Shown: positions 29,705 to 39,698, counted from the stretch's first letter. The stretch is 64,000 nucleotides of DNA from Eubacteriales bacterium (GCA_045635225.1 JAZRBV010000024.1:49989-113988), one strand, 5' to 3'. Notes: generated by a model not told the origin, from the letters alone. Translations and numbers: made by a program.

Positions 29705-30562
29705 ATGGCGACTGATATTTCAAAAAGGATTTCCGGCGTTTTCCCTTCTCTCTCGAAGGGACATAAAAAAATCGCTACCGCGATCATAAACGATTACGAC
29801 AAGGTTGCCGATCTGACTGCCGCTCGGTTCGGCGCTATGATCGGTGTCTCTGAGTCTACGGTAGTGCGCTTTGCCGCAGTTCTAGGGTACGAGGGCTACT
29901 CGGAGCTACAGAACGCGATCGCGGAGCTTGTACGTACGAAGCTGACGCCGGCGCAACGAATAGAAATAACCAAAAAGCGCATCGGCAGAGGTGACATTAT
30001 AGATGCAGTAATGGAGGCCGACGTAGAAAAGATCAGACATACCTACTCTACCCTCGACAGAGATACGTTCTACCGCTCGGTAGAGGCAATACTGTCCGCA
30101 AAAACTATTTACATATCCGCGGCAAGAAGCACCGAGCCGCTCGCAAGAGTGCTCTCTTATAATCTCTCACTCATTTTTGATAACGTAAGATTTGTCACTC
30201 CCACCTCGTCGGCGGAGGTGTTCGAGCAGATGTTTTCGATATCCGAGGACGATCTGCTTATCGCCTTCACATTCCCGAGATATTCCTCGAAGATCGTGAA
30301 TGCGGTCAAATTTGCAAGACAAAAGAATGCAAAGGTGCTTGGATTCACTGACTCGAAGACATCGCCTCTCGCTGAATATTCAAACTATCTGATAGCAGCG
30401 CAATCGGATATGGCATCTTTTATGGACTCTCTGGTAGCTCCTCTCAGCATTATCAACGCGATAATCGTTGAGATCACGCATCGCAAGGAGCGTGCTATAA
30501 CCGCGAGATTTGATGCGCTCGAAAAAATATGGGACGAATACGATGTATACACAAAACGATAA
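29705..30562 (+). CDS. MurR/RpiR-family regulator (HTH + SIS)
   Basis: VSESTVVRFA..GYEGY, FTFPRYS, TDS..SPL; promoter TTGAAT-17-TAGAAT upstream. Confidence 0.9.
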   Translation: MATDISKRISGVFPSLSKGHKKIATAIINDYDKVADLTAARFGAMIGVSESTVVRFAAVLGYEGYSELQNAIAELVRTKLTPAQRIEITKKRIGRGDIIDAVMEADVEKIRHTYSTLDRDTFYRSVEAILSAKTIYISAARSTEPLARVLSYNLSLIFDNVRFVTPTSSAEVFEQMFSISEDDLLIAFTFPRYSSKIVNAVKFARQKNAKVLGFTDSKTSPLAEYSNYLIAAQSDMASFMDSLVAPLSIINAIIVEITHRKERAITARFDALEKIWDEYDVYTKR

Positions 30563-31796
30563 TTTCGCATACTCACCTAACCGCATCGGAGTGATTGGAG
30601 GCGGTCCTGCCGGCATGATGGCTGCGGGCACCGCCGCACTTTACGGTGCTGAGGTCACTATACACGAGAGCATGACTCATCTCGGTAAGAAGCTTGCGAT
30701 CACCGGCAAGGGCAGATGTAACGTTACGAATAATTGTACGGTTGAGGAATTTCTCGAGAACGTCACGAAAAACGCACGTTTTCTATACGCTGCGCTTAAC
30801 GCATTCTCTCCATCTGATGCCATGACTCATTTTGAGTCGCTCGGCGTCACACTCAAGACAGAGCGAGGTAAGCGCGTATATCCGGAAAGCGATAAAGCAA
30901 AGGATATTGTCGACGCTATGCGCTCATATGCTGCCGCCGCAGAGGTGGTTTACGGCAAGGTCACCGCCATCAGACGTTCTGAGAGCGGCTTCACCGTTAC
31001 GGCAGGCGATAAGGAATATTTCTACGATAAGGTGATCATTGCAACCGGCGGAAGATCATATCCTCTCACCGGCTCAGACGGCAGCGGCTTTAGACTTGCA
31101 CATAAGCTCGGGCATACGGTAACTGAGCTTATTCCGTCGCTTATACCGCTCGAGAGTAAGTCCACGCTCTGCTCCGAGATGCAGGGACTATCTCTGCGAA
31201 ACGTGGCGATACGCATATTTGACAAGAGCGGCAAATGCCTGTATTCCGATTTCGGAGAGATGATGTTTGCGCACTTCGGTGTAACGGGTCCCGTGATACT
31301 CTCTGCGTCCGCGCATCTGCGTGGCACTGACATCTCCGAGCTTACGCTCTCGATAGATCTGAAGCCTGCGCTCGACGAGAAAACTCTCGACGCAAGACTG
31401 CTCTCTGATTTCTCGAAAAACACGAATAAGGACTATATCAACTCGCTTGGAGCTCTCCTTCCCTCAAAAATGATCGAGCCGTTTGCACGTCTTACCGGCA
31501 TTGATCCCAGGAAGAAGGTCAACTCGATCACACGCGAGGAAAGAAAAAATATTCTTGCATCACTCAAGGATATGAGAATACCGCTTTCCGGAATGCGTCC
31601 GATAGAGGAAGCTATAATAACATCCGGAGGTATAGACGTTCGTGAGATCACCCCAAAATCTATGGAATCAAAGCTCGTTCCCGGTCTTTATTTTGCCGGT
31701 GAGGTCATTGACGTAGATGCGTATACCGGAGGATTTAATTTGCAAATTGCTTACTCAACCGGATATTTGGCAGGAAAATCCGCGGCAGAAAGTTAA
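30543..31796 (+). CDS. HI0933/BaiN-family flavoprotein oxidoreductase
   Basis: GGGPAGMMAA, GKKLAITGKGRCNVTN, ATGGRSYPLTGSDGSG, TGGFNLQ; start uncertain. Confidence 0.9.
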   Translation: MYTQNDNFAYSPNRIGVIGGGPAGMMAAGTAALYGAEVTIHESMTHLGKKLAITGKGRCNVTNNCTVEEFLENVTKNARFLYAALNAFSPSDAMTHFESLGVTLKTERGKRVYPESDKAKDIVDAMRSYAAAAEVVYGKVTAIRRSESGFTVTAGDKEYFYDKVIIATGGRSYPLTGSDGSGFRLAHKLGHTVTELIPSLIPLESKSTLCSEMQGLSLRNVAIRIFDKSGKCLYSDFGEMMFAHFGVTGPVILSASAHLRGTDISELTLSIDLKPALDEKTLDARLLSDFSKNTNKDYINSLGALLPSKMIEPFARLTGIDPRKKVNSITREERKNILASLKDMRIPLSGMRPIEEAIITSGGIDVREITPKSMESKLVPGLYFAGEVIDVDAYTGGFNLQIAYSTGYLAGKSAAES

Positions 31797-31822
31797 AATA
31801 TAGAAAGGCTTGGTAAAGATAA

Positions 31823-33124
31823 GTGATAAGAATTGCTATAGACGGACCTGGCGGTGCGGGTAAATCAAGTGTTGCGCGTGCTGTCGCAAAGAGAATGGGC
31901 ATCATATACGTGGATACCGGCGCTCTCTACCGCAACATAGGCCTATATATGCTTGAGTCCGGCATTGATCCTAAAGACGAGGAAAGGGTCGTTGCTGCGC
32001 TCGACGGTCTCTCGCTCGAGCTCACGTTCAAAGAGGGACGGCAGATCATACTTCTTAACGGTCGCGACAGAGGCGATGCTATCCGTACCCCGGAGGCATC
32101 AATGGCTGCATCTGCTGTAAGTGCAATAAAGGAAGTACGTACGTATCTTCTCAATATGCAGCGCGATACGGCAAAGCATAACAGTGTCATAATGGATGGC
32201 AGAGATATCGGAACCGTTATACTTCCCGATGCGGAGGTGAAAATTTTTCTTACTGCCAGCGCTGAAGCGCGTGCTAAGAGGCGCTACGACGAGCTGATTG
32301 CAAAGGGCGTAGAAACGACCTACGAGCAGGTATATTCGGATATGGTCGAGCGCGATAAAAACGACTCAACGCGCGATGTAGCTCCCTGCGTGCAGGCTGA
32401 GGATGCAATACTGCTCGATAACTCCGATTTTACCCCCGACGAAACAGTCGAGCGAGTGCTCTCTATAGTTCACGATTACGAGAAGAGCAAAAACCCGACA
32501 TACTGGAGGGTTTATAAGGTTTTCGCGCCTATAATTCGGTTTATGTTCAGGATAAGCGCAGAAAACATAGATAATATTCCTCTCACCGACGGTCTCATTA
32601 TCTGCTCAAACCACATATCCTTCCTTGACGTGCTTTCGATTGCCGCTACATCCAAAAGAAAGATCACCTACGTTGCAAAGAAGGAACTCTTCTCTATTCC
32701 GATCATAGGACAGCTTATCCGCGCCTTCGGTGCTATCAAGATAGATCGCGGAGGAAATGACGTAGGTGCTATCAGAGCATCGGTCGACCGCGCAAAATCC
32801 GGAGCTGCGGTGGCTATTTTCCCACAGGGACACCGATACCCGGGTGTCGATCCTAAAACAACTCCTACGAAGAACGGTGCGGCAATGATAGCTTACCATT
32901 CCGGATGCGACGTACTCCCCGTGTTCATTCTTACAAAAAATGCAAGATTCGGCCTTTTCAAAAAAACCAAGGTGATCTACGGTAAGCCGATAAATCACGC
33001 GGATCTTGGCTTTGAGAACGGTGGAAGAGACGAGTATGAGAGAGCAACGGCGCTTATTTTCGGTAGGATCAACGAGCTCGGTGACTACTCTTACCTTCCC
33101 GCATATACCGAGAAAAAGAGGTAA
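31823..33124 (+). CDS. cmk-plsC: Cytidylate kinase fused to 1-acyl-sn-glycerol-3-phosphate acyltransferase
   Basis: IDGPGGAGKS, DTGALYR, DGRDIGT (Cmk); NHISFLD, AKKELF, IDR, FPQGHR (PlsC), all in one frame. Confidence 0.88.
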   Translation: MIRIAIDGPGGAGKSSVARAVAKRMGIIYVDTGALYRNIGLYMLESGIDPKDEERVVAALDGLSLELTFKEGRQIILLNGRDRGDAIRTPEASMAASAVSAIKEVRTYLLNMQRDTAKHNSVIMDGRDIGTVILPDAEVKIFLTASAEARAKRRYDELIAKGVETTYEQVYSDMVERDKNDSTRDVAPCVQAEDAILLDNSDFTPDETVERVLSIVHDYEKSKNPTYWRVYKVFAPIIRFMFRISAENIDNIPLTDGLIICSNHISFLDVLSIAATSKRKITYVAKKELFSIPIIGQLIRAFGAIKIDRGGNDVGAIRASVDRAKSGAAVAIFPQGHRYPGVDPKTTPTKNGAAMIAYHSGCDVLPVFILTKNARFGLFKKTKVIYGKPINHADLGFENGGRDEYERATALIFGRINELGDYSYLPAYTEKKR

Positions 33125-33130
33125 CAGTCG

Positions 33131-35179
33131 TTGAAGGTCAACCTTTCAAAGTACGCAGGCTTCTGTCCCGGCGTGCGGCGTGCGGATAGCGAGGTAAAAC
33201 GCCTTGCGGAAGAGTACGGCAACCATACGCATATTTTTACTTTGGGTAAGCTCATACACAACGATATCTACGTGCGTTCTCTCGAGAAGCTGGGTGTCGG
33301 CGTTATCGGAATCGACGGTATTGAGCAGATGCTCGCCACCGGTATCGACGTTACTCTCGTTGTCAGGACTCACGGGATCACCCTGAACGACGAGCAACGA
33401 CTCGCACAGCTCGCTACAAGATATCCGCTTCTCAAGGTAGTGGATATGACCTGTCCGTACGTAAAGAAAATACACCGTATAGCCGAGGAGGAGACGGATA
33501 ACAGCACGCTTTTCGTTCTGTATGGAGATCCGTCGCATCCCGAGACACAGGGCATATTCAGCCGTGCAAAGGGCGAAAAAGTAATAATCACCTCTCCGGA
33601 TGAGGTAGAAAAGCTTAATTTTATTGGCAAAATACCCATTTTATGCGCCCAAACGACGCAAAATTTGGTAGAATTCGAAAAAATTAAAAAAATATTCGAA
33701 AAACTATGTACAAATGCCAAAATATTTGATACAATATGTATAGTCACTGAAAATCGTCAGAACGAAGCAATTGACATTGCACGAAAGTCCGATGTGATGA
33801 TAGTCGTTGGCGGCAGAGAGAGCTCTAACACAGCGAAGCTCTATAAGCTGTGCTCGGAGAACTGTCCGCATACCCAATGGATAGAATCAGCGGCAGATTT
33901 AACTGATTTTCCTGACAGCGCAAAAAGCGCGGGAATAACCGCGGGTGCTTCCACACCCGACGGCATAATTTTGGAGGTTATTAAAGCTATGGAAAACGAA
34001 AACTTTAGTCAGATGCTGGAAGGCTCACTCAAAACTTTACATACAGGAGAAACAGTTACCGGTACCGTATTCACAATCGGCGAAAACGAGATCAAGCTTG
34101 ATCTCGGTGCAAAGTTCACCGGCGTGCTCACCAAAGAGCAGATCACAGACGATCCTGCTGCTAAGCTCTCCGAGATGTTCAAGGTTGGCGATGAGGTAGA
34201 GGTCTTCGTCATCAGAGTTGAGGACGGTAAGGGTATTGCAACCGTCTCCAAGAAGAGAGTTGACAGAGACAACAGCTGGGTTGTTCTCAAGGATGCATTC
34301 GATAACGGTGCAGTTCTCGAGGGCAAGGTGGTTTCTGTTGTTAAGGGTGGCGTAATTCTCGCTACCGAGGGCAATACCGTATTTGTACCCGCATCTCAGA
34401 CCGGTGTTGCAAAGGGCGGCGATCTTTCCGTTCTCGTAGGCACTACCCAGAAGGTTAAGCTTCTTGAGTTCGATGAGACCAAGAAGAAGGCACTCGGCTC
34501 CATCAAGGTTATCCTTGCAGAGGAGAAGAAGGCTGCTGAGGAGGCAGTATGGTCCACTCTCGAGGTTGGTCAGCACTTCACCGGTACCGTTAAGAATCTT
34601 ACCAACTACGGCGCATTCGTCGACATCGGAGGCGTTGACGGTATGGTACACAACACCGAGCTTTCCTGGAAGAGAATCAAGCATCCTTCTCAGGTAGTAT
34701 CCGTCGGTCAGGAAATCGACGTATTCATCAAGGAGCTCGACGTTGAGAAAAAGAGAATTTCTCTCGGATACAAGACTCAGGAGATGGATTCCTGGTTCAA
34801 GTTCACCCAGCAGTACAACGAGGGTGATATCGTATCCGCTAAGATAGTTTCCATCATGCCCTTCGGTGCTTTTGCAGAGGTATTCGAGGACGTTGACGGT
34901 CTCATCCACATCTCCAAGATCTCTTCTCAGAGAATCAACTCCCCTGCTGACGTACTCAAGGTTGGCGATGTTGTTGACGTAAAGATCACCGAGATCGATG
35001 ACGAGAACAGAAAGCTTGCGCTTTCCATCCGTGCTATCACCGAGGCTGCTGAGAAGGCTGCCGCTGAGGAGGCACGTGCTGCTGCAGCTGCTGAAAAGGC
35101 CGCTGAGGATGCAGCTGAGGAGGAGAGACTTGCTCAGGAGAGAGCTGATATGGCTCCCTACATCGTAGGTTCTATCTAA
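33131..35179 (+). CDS. ispH-rpsA: IspH (HMBPP reductase) fused to 30S ribosomal protein S1
   Basis: AGFCPGV, IHN, HG, DMTCP, TIC, SSNT, TAGASTP (three Fe-S Cys); then four S1 domains (YGAFVDIGG, FGAFAE, LALSIR). Confidence 0.92.
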   Translation: MKVNLSKYAGFCPGVRRADSEVKRLAEEYGNHTHIFTLGKLIHNDIYVRSLEKLGVGVIGIDGIEQMLATGIDVTLVVRTHGITLNDEQRLAQLATRYPLLKVVDMTCPYVKKIHRIAEEETDNSTLFVLYGDPSHPETQGIFSRAKGEKVIITSPDEVEKLNFIGKIPILCAQTTQNLVEFEKIKKIFEKLCTNAKIFDTICIVTENRQNEAIDIARKSDVMIVVGGRESSNTAKLYKLCSENCPHTQWIESAADLTDFPDSAKSAGITAGASTPDGIILEVIKAMENENFSQMLEGSLKTLHTGETVTGTVFTIGENEIKLDLGAKFTGVLTKEQITDDPAAKLSEMFKVGDEVEVFVIRVEDGKGIATVSKKRVDRDNSWVVLKDAFDNGAVLEGKVVSVVKGGVILATEGNTVFVPASQTGVAKGGDLSVLVGTTQKVKLLEFDETKKKALGSIKVILAEEKKAAEEAVWSTLEVGQHFTGTVKNLTNYGAFVDIGGVDGMVHNTELSWKRIKHPSQVVSVGQEIDVFIKELDVEKKRISLGYKTQEMDSWFKFTQQYNEGDIVSAKIVSIMPFGAFAEVFEDVDGLIHISKISSQRINSPADVLKVGDVVDVKITEIDDENRKLALSIRAITEAAEKAAAEEARAAAAAEKAAEDAAEEERLAQERADMAPYIVGSI

Positions 35180-35188
35180 TTAAATAAT

Positions 35189-35224
35189 TTTGGCGTGCCG
35201 AGAATTTCTCAGCACGCCAATTTT
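35189..35224 (+). terminator. Intrinsic terminator after rpsA
   Basis: TTGGCGTGC...GCACGCCAATTTT. Confidence 0.75.
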
Positions 35225-35398
35225 AAAATATCACACACTCTCTGCGTTATTACTATACCCGGTTTTGTATTCGCTGATGGTCCTCATTTTTGGATAACCG
35301 TTGATCTAACTCCCATTCATGCTTCTGTAGGGCAAATCGCTTCCGCATATTTTGAATCAAGCCTAAAAAATGTATGACATCCTAAAAGGAGACTTTAT

Positions 35399-36916
35399 AT
35401 GATAAACATAAAAAATAGACGCGAGGTCTTTTTTGACGATTTTCTAATAAACGAAGAAAAAACCACGGCAGAAAAGCGCTTACACAGACCCATACGCAAA
35501 GGAGCGGTTATTATTCACGACGAAATCTGGGAAGGAAAATACTGTCTGTTTTCTTCCGTATTCTACGCCGAAGGAAAATGGAGACTCTATTACAGGAGCG
35601 GCTCCGGCGAACCCGGGCGTCCGAACTACGTCGGTTATGCGGAGAGCTTTGACGGAATAACCTGGAAAAAGCCGGCACTTCAACTAGTAGAAATAAACGG
35701 CTCAAGCAACAATAACATTATATTGGATATGGAGATCGTGAAAAAGTGGGGCTGCAAACACCTTAACGACTGTCACGTTTTCTATGACGAAAATCCTAAC
35801 TGTCCAAAGGACCAAAGGTACAAAGCAGTTATATCAACTGCGGGTGACGAAAGTCTCATTTCGCTAGTAAGTTCCGACGGACTGCACTTTGAATATCTTG
35901 GATTAATTACAGACAAGGGAGCCTTTGATTCCCAAAATCTTGCTTTTTGGAGCAAAGAACACGGAAAATATTTTTGTTATTTCAGATGCGAACATATTCC
36001 CGATGGCACGGCAAGCTTTGACGAATACTCGCTACTTCAAAATACAGCAAATAGGCTGTGGGACGAAGAAACGATGTCCACCCGGCTCCCCGCTCCCGAG
36101 GACGAGGATCAAAAAATGATGCGTGACATACACGTAATGGTTTCCGACGACTTTATTCATTGGTCAGAAAGCTCACTAATCGGACTTAAGGATGACCGTG
36201 TTCAGTTGTATACCAACGTAGTATCCCCCTACCCTCGCGCTCCGCACGTGTTCGTTGCTTTTCCGACGCGATATCACGAGAGGAAAGCTTGGACTCCAAA
36301 TTACGACGAGCTTTGCCGTCGCTCAACTCGCCTCGCTGATATGAAGCGCATTTACGCGCGAGCAGGTCTGGCGATTACCGACGGACTCTTTATGTGCTCA
36401 CGCGACGGATATAATTTCACAAGATACGACGAGGCATTTCTTCCTCCACCCGTAGAAAACCCCGAGTCCTGGAGATACGGTGATTCCTACGTTACAGCGG
36501 GACTTATTGAAACACCCTCCGACATTCCTTGGGCGGATAACGAATATTCCCTGTTTGTTGTCGAAAATTACGGTTCAACAAAGGGTTATGATATACTCGT
36601 CAGATATGCTATCCGCCTTGACGGATTTATTTCACGTCATTCCGGCGAAGAAGAGAAGCTCCTCGTTACAAAGGAATTTATCTATGACGGCAATAATCTG
36701 TACGCCAATATCGCAACATCAGCAAAGGGACACGGATATTTCACCCTTAAATGCGGTGAACAGACATACAAGTCCTACGAAATATTCGGCAACTCGGTTG
36801 ATAAGAAAATCAGCTTTATTGATCCCGAAGCTGTAAAAAAGTTAAAAGGAAAGCCGATAATTCTTGAGGTAAAGCTCCTTGATGCCGATATTTACGCAAT
36901 AAGGTTCGGAGATTAA
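35399..36916 (+). CDS. Hypothetical protein, glycosidase-like beta-propeller
   Basis: Repeated Asp-box-like SxDGxxW/F motifs (SFDGITW, SSDGLHF, SDDFIHW, SRDGYNF); RLDGF; no signal peptide. Confidence 0.6.
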   Translation: MINIKNRREVFFDDFLINEEKTTAEKRLHRPIRKGAVIIHDEIWEGKYCLFSSVFYAEGKWRLYYRSGSGEPGRPNYVGYAESFDGITWKKPALQLVEINGSSNNNIILDMEIVKKWGCKHLNDCHVFYDENPNCPKDQRYKAVISTAGDESLISLVSSDGLHFEYLGLITDKGAFDSQNLAFWSKEHGKYFCYFRCEHIPDGTASFDEYSLLQNTANRLWDEETMSTRLPAPEDEDQKMMRDIHVMVSDDFIHWSESSLIGLKDDRVQLYTNVVSPYPRAPHVFVAFPTRYHERKAWTPNYDELCRRSTRLADMKRIYARAGLAITDGLFMCSRDGYNFTRYDEAFLPPPVENPESWRYGDSYVTAGLIETPSDIPWADNEYSLFVVENYGSTKGYDILVRYAIRLDGFISRHSGEEEKLLVTKEFIYDGNNLYANIATSAKGHGYFTLKCGEQTYKSYEIFGNSVDKKISFIDPEAVKKLKGKPIILEVKLLDADIYAIRFGD

Positions 36917-37000
36917 GTAATATAGAAAACACGGTATATCTGTTTATGATACACCGTGTTTTTTGTAAAAATCTTACGACAAGCGGAGCTTGAAGTGACT

Positions 37001-38599
37001 TTATTGATTGAATGATTTTTTATATTCCAAATACTCCTCGTAGCTGCACTTGCGATCAATGAATCCACCGCCGGGTAATATTTCAATAATTCTGTTTGCA
37101 ACGGTGTTGATGATCTCGTAGTCGTGCGACGAGAATAGGATATTGCCCTTGAAGGATTGCATGCCGTTATTGACGGCGGTGATCGATTCAAGATCAAGGT
37201 GGTCTGTCGGCTGATCGATGATAAGCATATTAGAGCCGAACATCATCATACGCGATAGCATGCATCTGACCTTCTCTCCACCGGAGAGAACGTTGACCGG
37301 CTTGAATACCGATTCGTTCGAGAACAGCATCTTGCCTAGGAAACCTCGAAGATACGTCTCGGTCTGATCCTTTGAATACTGCCTCATCCAGTCGAGTATG
37401 GATTCGTTATGTCCCTCAAAATAGGCGCTGTTATCGTGCGGGAAATAAGAGGTGGTAATGGAAACACCTATCTTATAATCGCCACTGTCGGCGGTATCCT
37501 CGCCGTTGAGTATTTTAAAGAGAGCTGTGACGGCGAGCTCGTTACCGAGAAATGCGATCTTATCGTCCTTGAATACGTGGAAGGACAGATCCTTAAACAG
37601 TACATTACCGTCAAGCGTTTTGGTGAGTCCCTCTACGTGAAGTATCTCCTTGCCGGGCTCTCTGTCCATATCGAAGCCGACGAAGGGATAGCGGCGCGAC
37701 GAGGCAGGCATCTCCTCAACGGTAAGCTTGTCAAGCAGTTTTCTTCTTGAGGTAGCCTGACGTGATTTGGATTTATTTGCCGAGAAGCGCTGAATAAAGC
37801 TCTGCAGCTCTGCAATTTTTTCCTCGTTTTTCTTATTCTGCATCTTTATCATACGCTGGATGAGCTGGCTGGATTCGTACCAGAATTCATAGTTACCAAC
37901 GTACATCTTGATGCCGGTAAAATCAATATCGACTATATTGGTACATACGTCATTTAGAAAATGACGGTCGTGCGATACGACGAGCACGGTGCCGAAATAA
38001 TCAGCGAGGAAGGATTCGAGCCACATCACTGCGTCTATATCAAGACCGTTTGTGGGCTCGTCGAGGAGAATGATATCAGGATTGCCAAAGAGTGCCTGAG
38101 CAAGAAGTATTTTAACCTTTTCACTCTCCTTGAGTGAGGACATATACATATAGAGATAATCGTCTGTAAGACCGAGACCTTGTATTAGCTTCGATACGTC
38201 GGATTCAGCCTCCCAACCGTTGAGCTCGGCAAACTCACCCTCGAGTTCAGATGCTCTGATGCCATCCTCGTCTGTGAAGTTCTCCTTGGCGTAGATAGCA
38301 TCCTTCTCCTTCATTATATCGTAAAGGCGTTTATTACCCATGATTACGGTATCAAGAACGGTATATTCCTCATATGCAAAGTGATCCTGCTTCAACACCG
38401 ACATACGCACGGTAGAAGGAATGGATACCTCGCCACGGGTAGGCTCGAGCTCGCCGCAGAGTATGCGCAGGAAGGTGGACTTACCTGCTCCGTTTGCACC
38501 GATTATGCCGTAGCAGTTGCCGGGAGTAAATTTAAGATCGACATCCTTAAAAAGAAGCTGACCTCCGAATTGAAATGCTAAATTATTAACTGTGATCAT
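37001..38599 (-). CDS. ABC-F family ATPase (YbiT/YkpA-like)
   Basis: Two NBDs, no TM; GANGAGKST, LDEPTN, VSHDR, GNYEFW linker, FSANKSKSRQATSR. Confidence 0.9.
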   Translation of the reverse strand: MITVNNLAFQFGGQLLFKDVDLKFTPGNCYGIIGANGAGKSTFLRILCGELEPTRGEVSIPSTVRMSVLKQDHFAYEEYTVLDTVIMGNKRLYDIMKEKDAIYAKENFTDEDGIRASELEGEFAELNGWEAESDVSKLIQGLGLTDDYLYMYMSSLKESEKVKILLAQALFGNPDIILLDEPTNGLDIDAVMWLESFLADYFGTVLVVSHDRHFLNDVCTNIVDIDFTGIKMYVGNYEFWYESSQLIQRMIKMQNKKNEEKIAELQSFIQRFSANKSKSRQATSRRKLLDKLTVEEMPASSRRYPFVGFDMDREPGKEILHVEGLTKTLDGNVLFKDLSFHVFKDDKIAFLGNELAVTALFKILNGEDTADSGDYKIGVSITTSYFPHDNSAYFEGHNESILDWMRQYSKDQTETYLRGFLGKMLFSNESVFKPVNVLSGGEKVRCMLSRMMMFGSNMLIIDQPTDHLDLESITAVNNGMQSFKGNILFSSHDYEIINTVANRIIEILPGGGFIDRKCSYEEYLEYKKSFNQ

Positions 38600-38600
38600 T

Positions 38601-39407
38601 TTATAGGTCCTTATCATTCACGAGAGCGTTATAAACCTCTCTTATGTTTTTCATAATATAGGTGGGCTTTGTATCGGTATTTTGGGCATCGGCAACAGTT
38701 CCCTCACCCGAGAGAACGAACACCGTATCTATTCCGGCGTTATATCCCGATGCTATGTCGGTATACACTCTGTCACCGATCATCACCGACTCTTCTCTTG
38801 AATAGCCGTACTTTTCCATAGAAAGTGTGAGCATCTCGGGACGTGGCTTGCCGATAAAGTGAGGAGATTTGCCGGTTGCGCGCTTCAGCATCTCTGCTAC
38901 CGATCCGCAATCCGGAACGTAGCCGTATGAGGTGGGACATACCCAATCAGGGTTAGTAGCGATATACGGAATATCGCGCAAAAGAAGCCTGCAGGCATCG
39001 TCGAGCTTTTTAAAAGTAAGCTCGCTGTCGTTTCCCATAACTATTGCCTCTACGTCCTCGGAGTAGTCTGTCGTGACGTCTATCCCGGCATTGGATAATT
39101 GCTTTGTAAAAGAGGAGGTTCCGAAAGAATAAAACTTTCTGCCCGGTAAATTCTCTTTAATATAAAGAATTGTAGCATCCGTTGAGGTGAAAAAATCATC
39201 CTCAGTCGACTTTATTCCAAGTCTTTCAAGTTTCTCTACGTATGCCGAAACACTCTTCGAGGAGTTGTTAGTTACAAAAAGATATTTGCCGCCACGGCGC
39301 TTGACCTCCGAGAGAAAATCAAGTGTTCCATCGAAGAGATCATAATCCAAATATAGAGTGCCGTCCATATCGAGAAGAAAGAATTTTTTATCGCGTATGC
39401 CTGCCAT
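38601..39407 (-). CDS. HAD-IIA (NagD-like) hydrolase
   Basis: DMDGT, TNNSSK, TNPD, GKP, IGDRVYTDI. Confidence 0.9.
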   Translation of the reverse strand: MAGIRDKKFFLLDMDGTLYLDYDLFDGTLDFLSEVKRRGGKYLFVTNNSSKSVSAYVEKLERLGIKSTEDDFFTSTDATILYIKENLPGRKFYSFGTSSFTKQLSNAGIDVTTDYSEDVEAIVMGNDSELTFKKLDDACRLLLRDIPYIATNPDWVCPTSYGYVPDCGSVAEMLKRATGKSPHFIGKPRPEMLTLSMEKYGYSREESVMIGDRVYTDIASGYNAGIDTVFVLSGEGTVADAQNTDTKPTYIMKNIREVYNALVNDKDL

Positions 39408-39698
39408 AATATTTACCTTTCATAGAAAAAGGCTGCCACATTTGGTAAGACCGAAAAATACCTATAAAGATCAAAAAACGTCTCGTCTATAACAAAAGCC
39501 GTTAATGAGACAGTTTGATGTAGAGATCATACGGATCTCATTATTTAAAAGTATTTGTCTATTGCCGTTTCATCCCCTCAACGCATGTATACGCCCTCGT
39601 GCGGAAACGTCACTTCTTTCACAAATCTGCTTAGCCCTTTATTAAATTCGAGAGGCTGTCTCAAATGTTGCATTCAAGACAGCTCTTTCGTTTTTTTA

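Noticed and set aside
35040-35140. GCTGCTGAG-type repeats at the rpsA 3' end
   Set aside because: Coding low-complexity Ala/Glu/Lys helical tail
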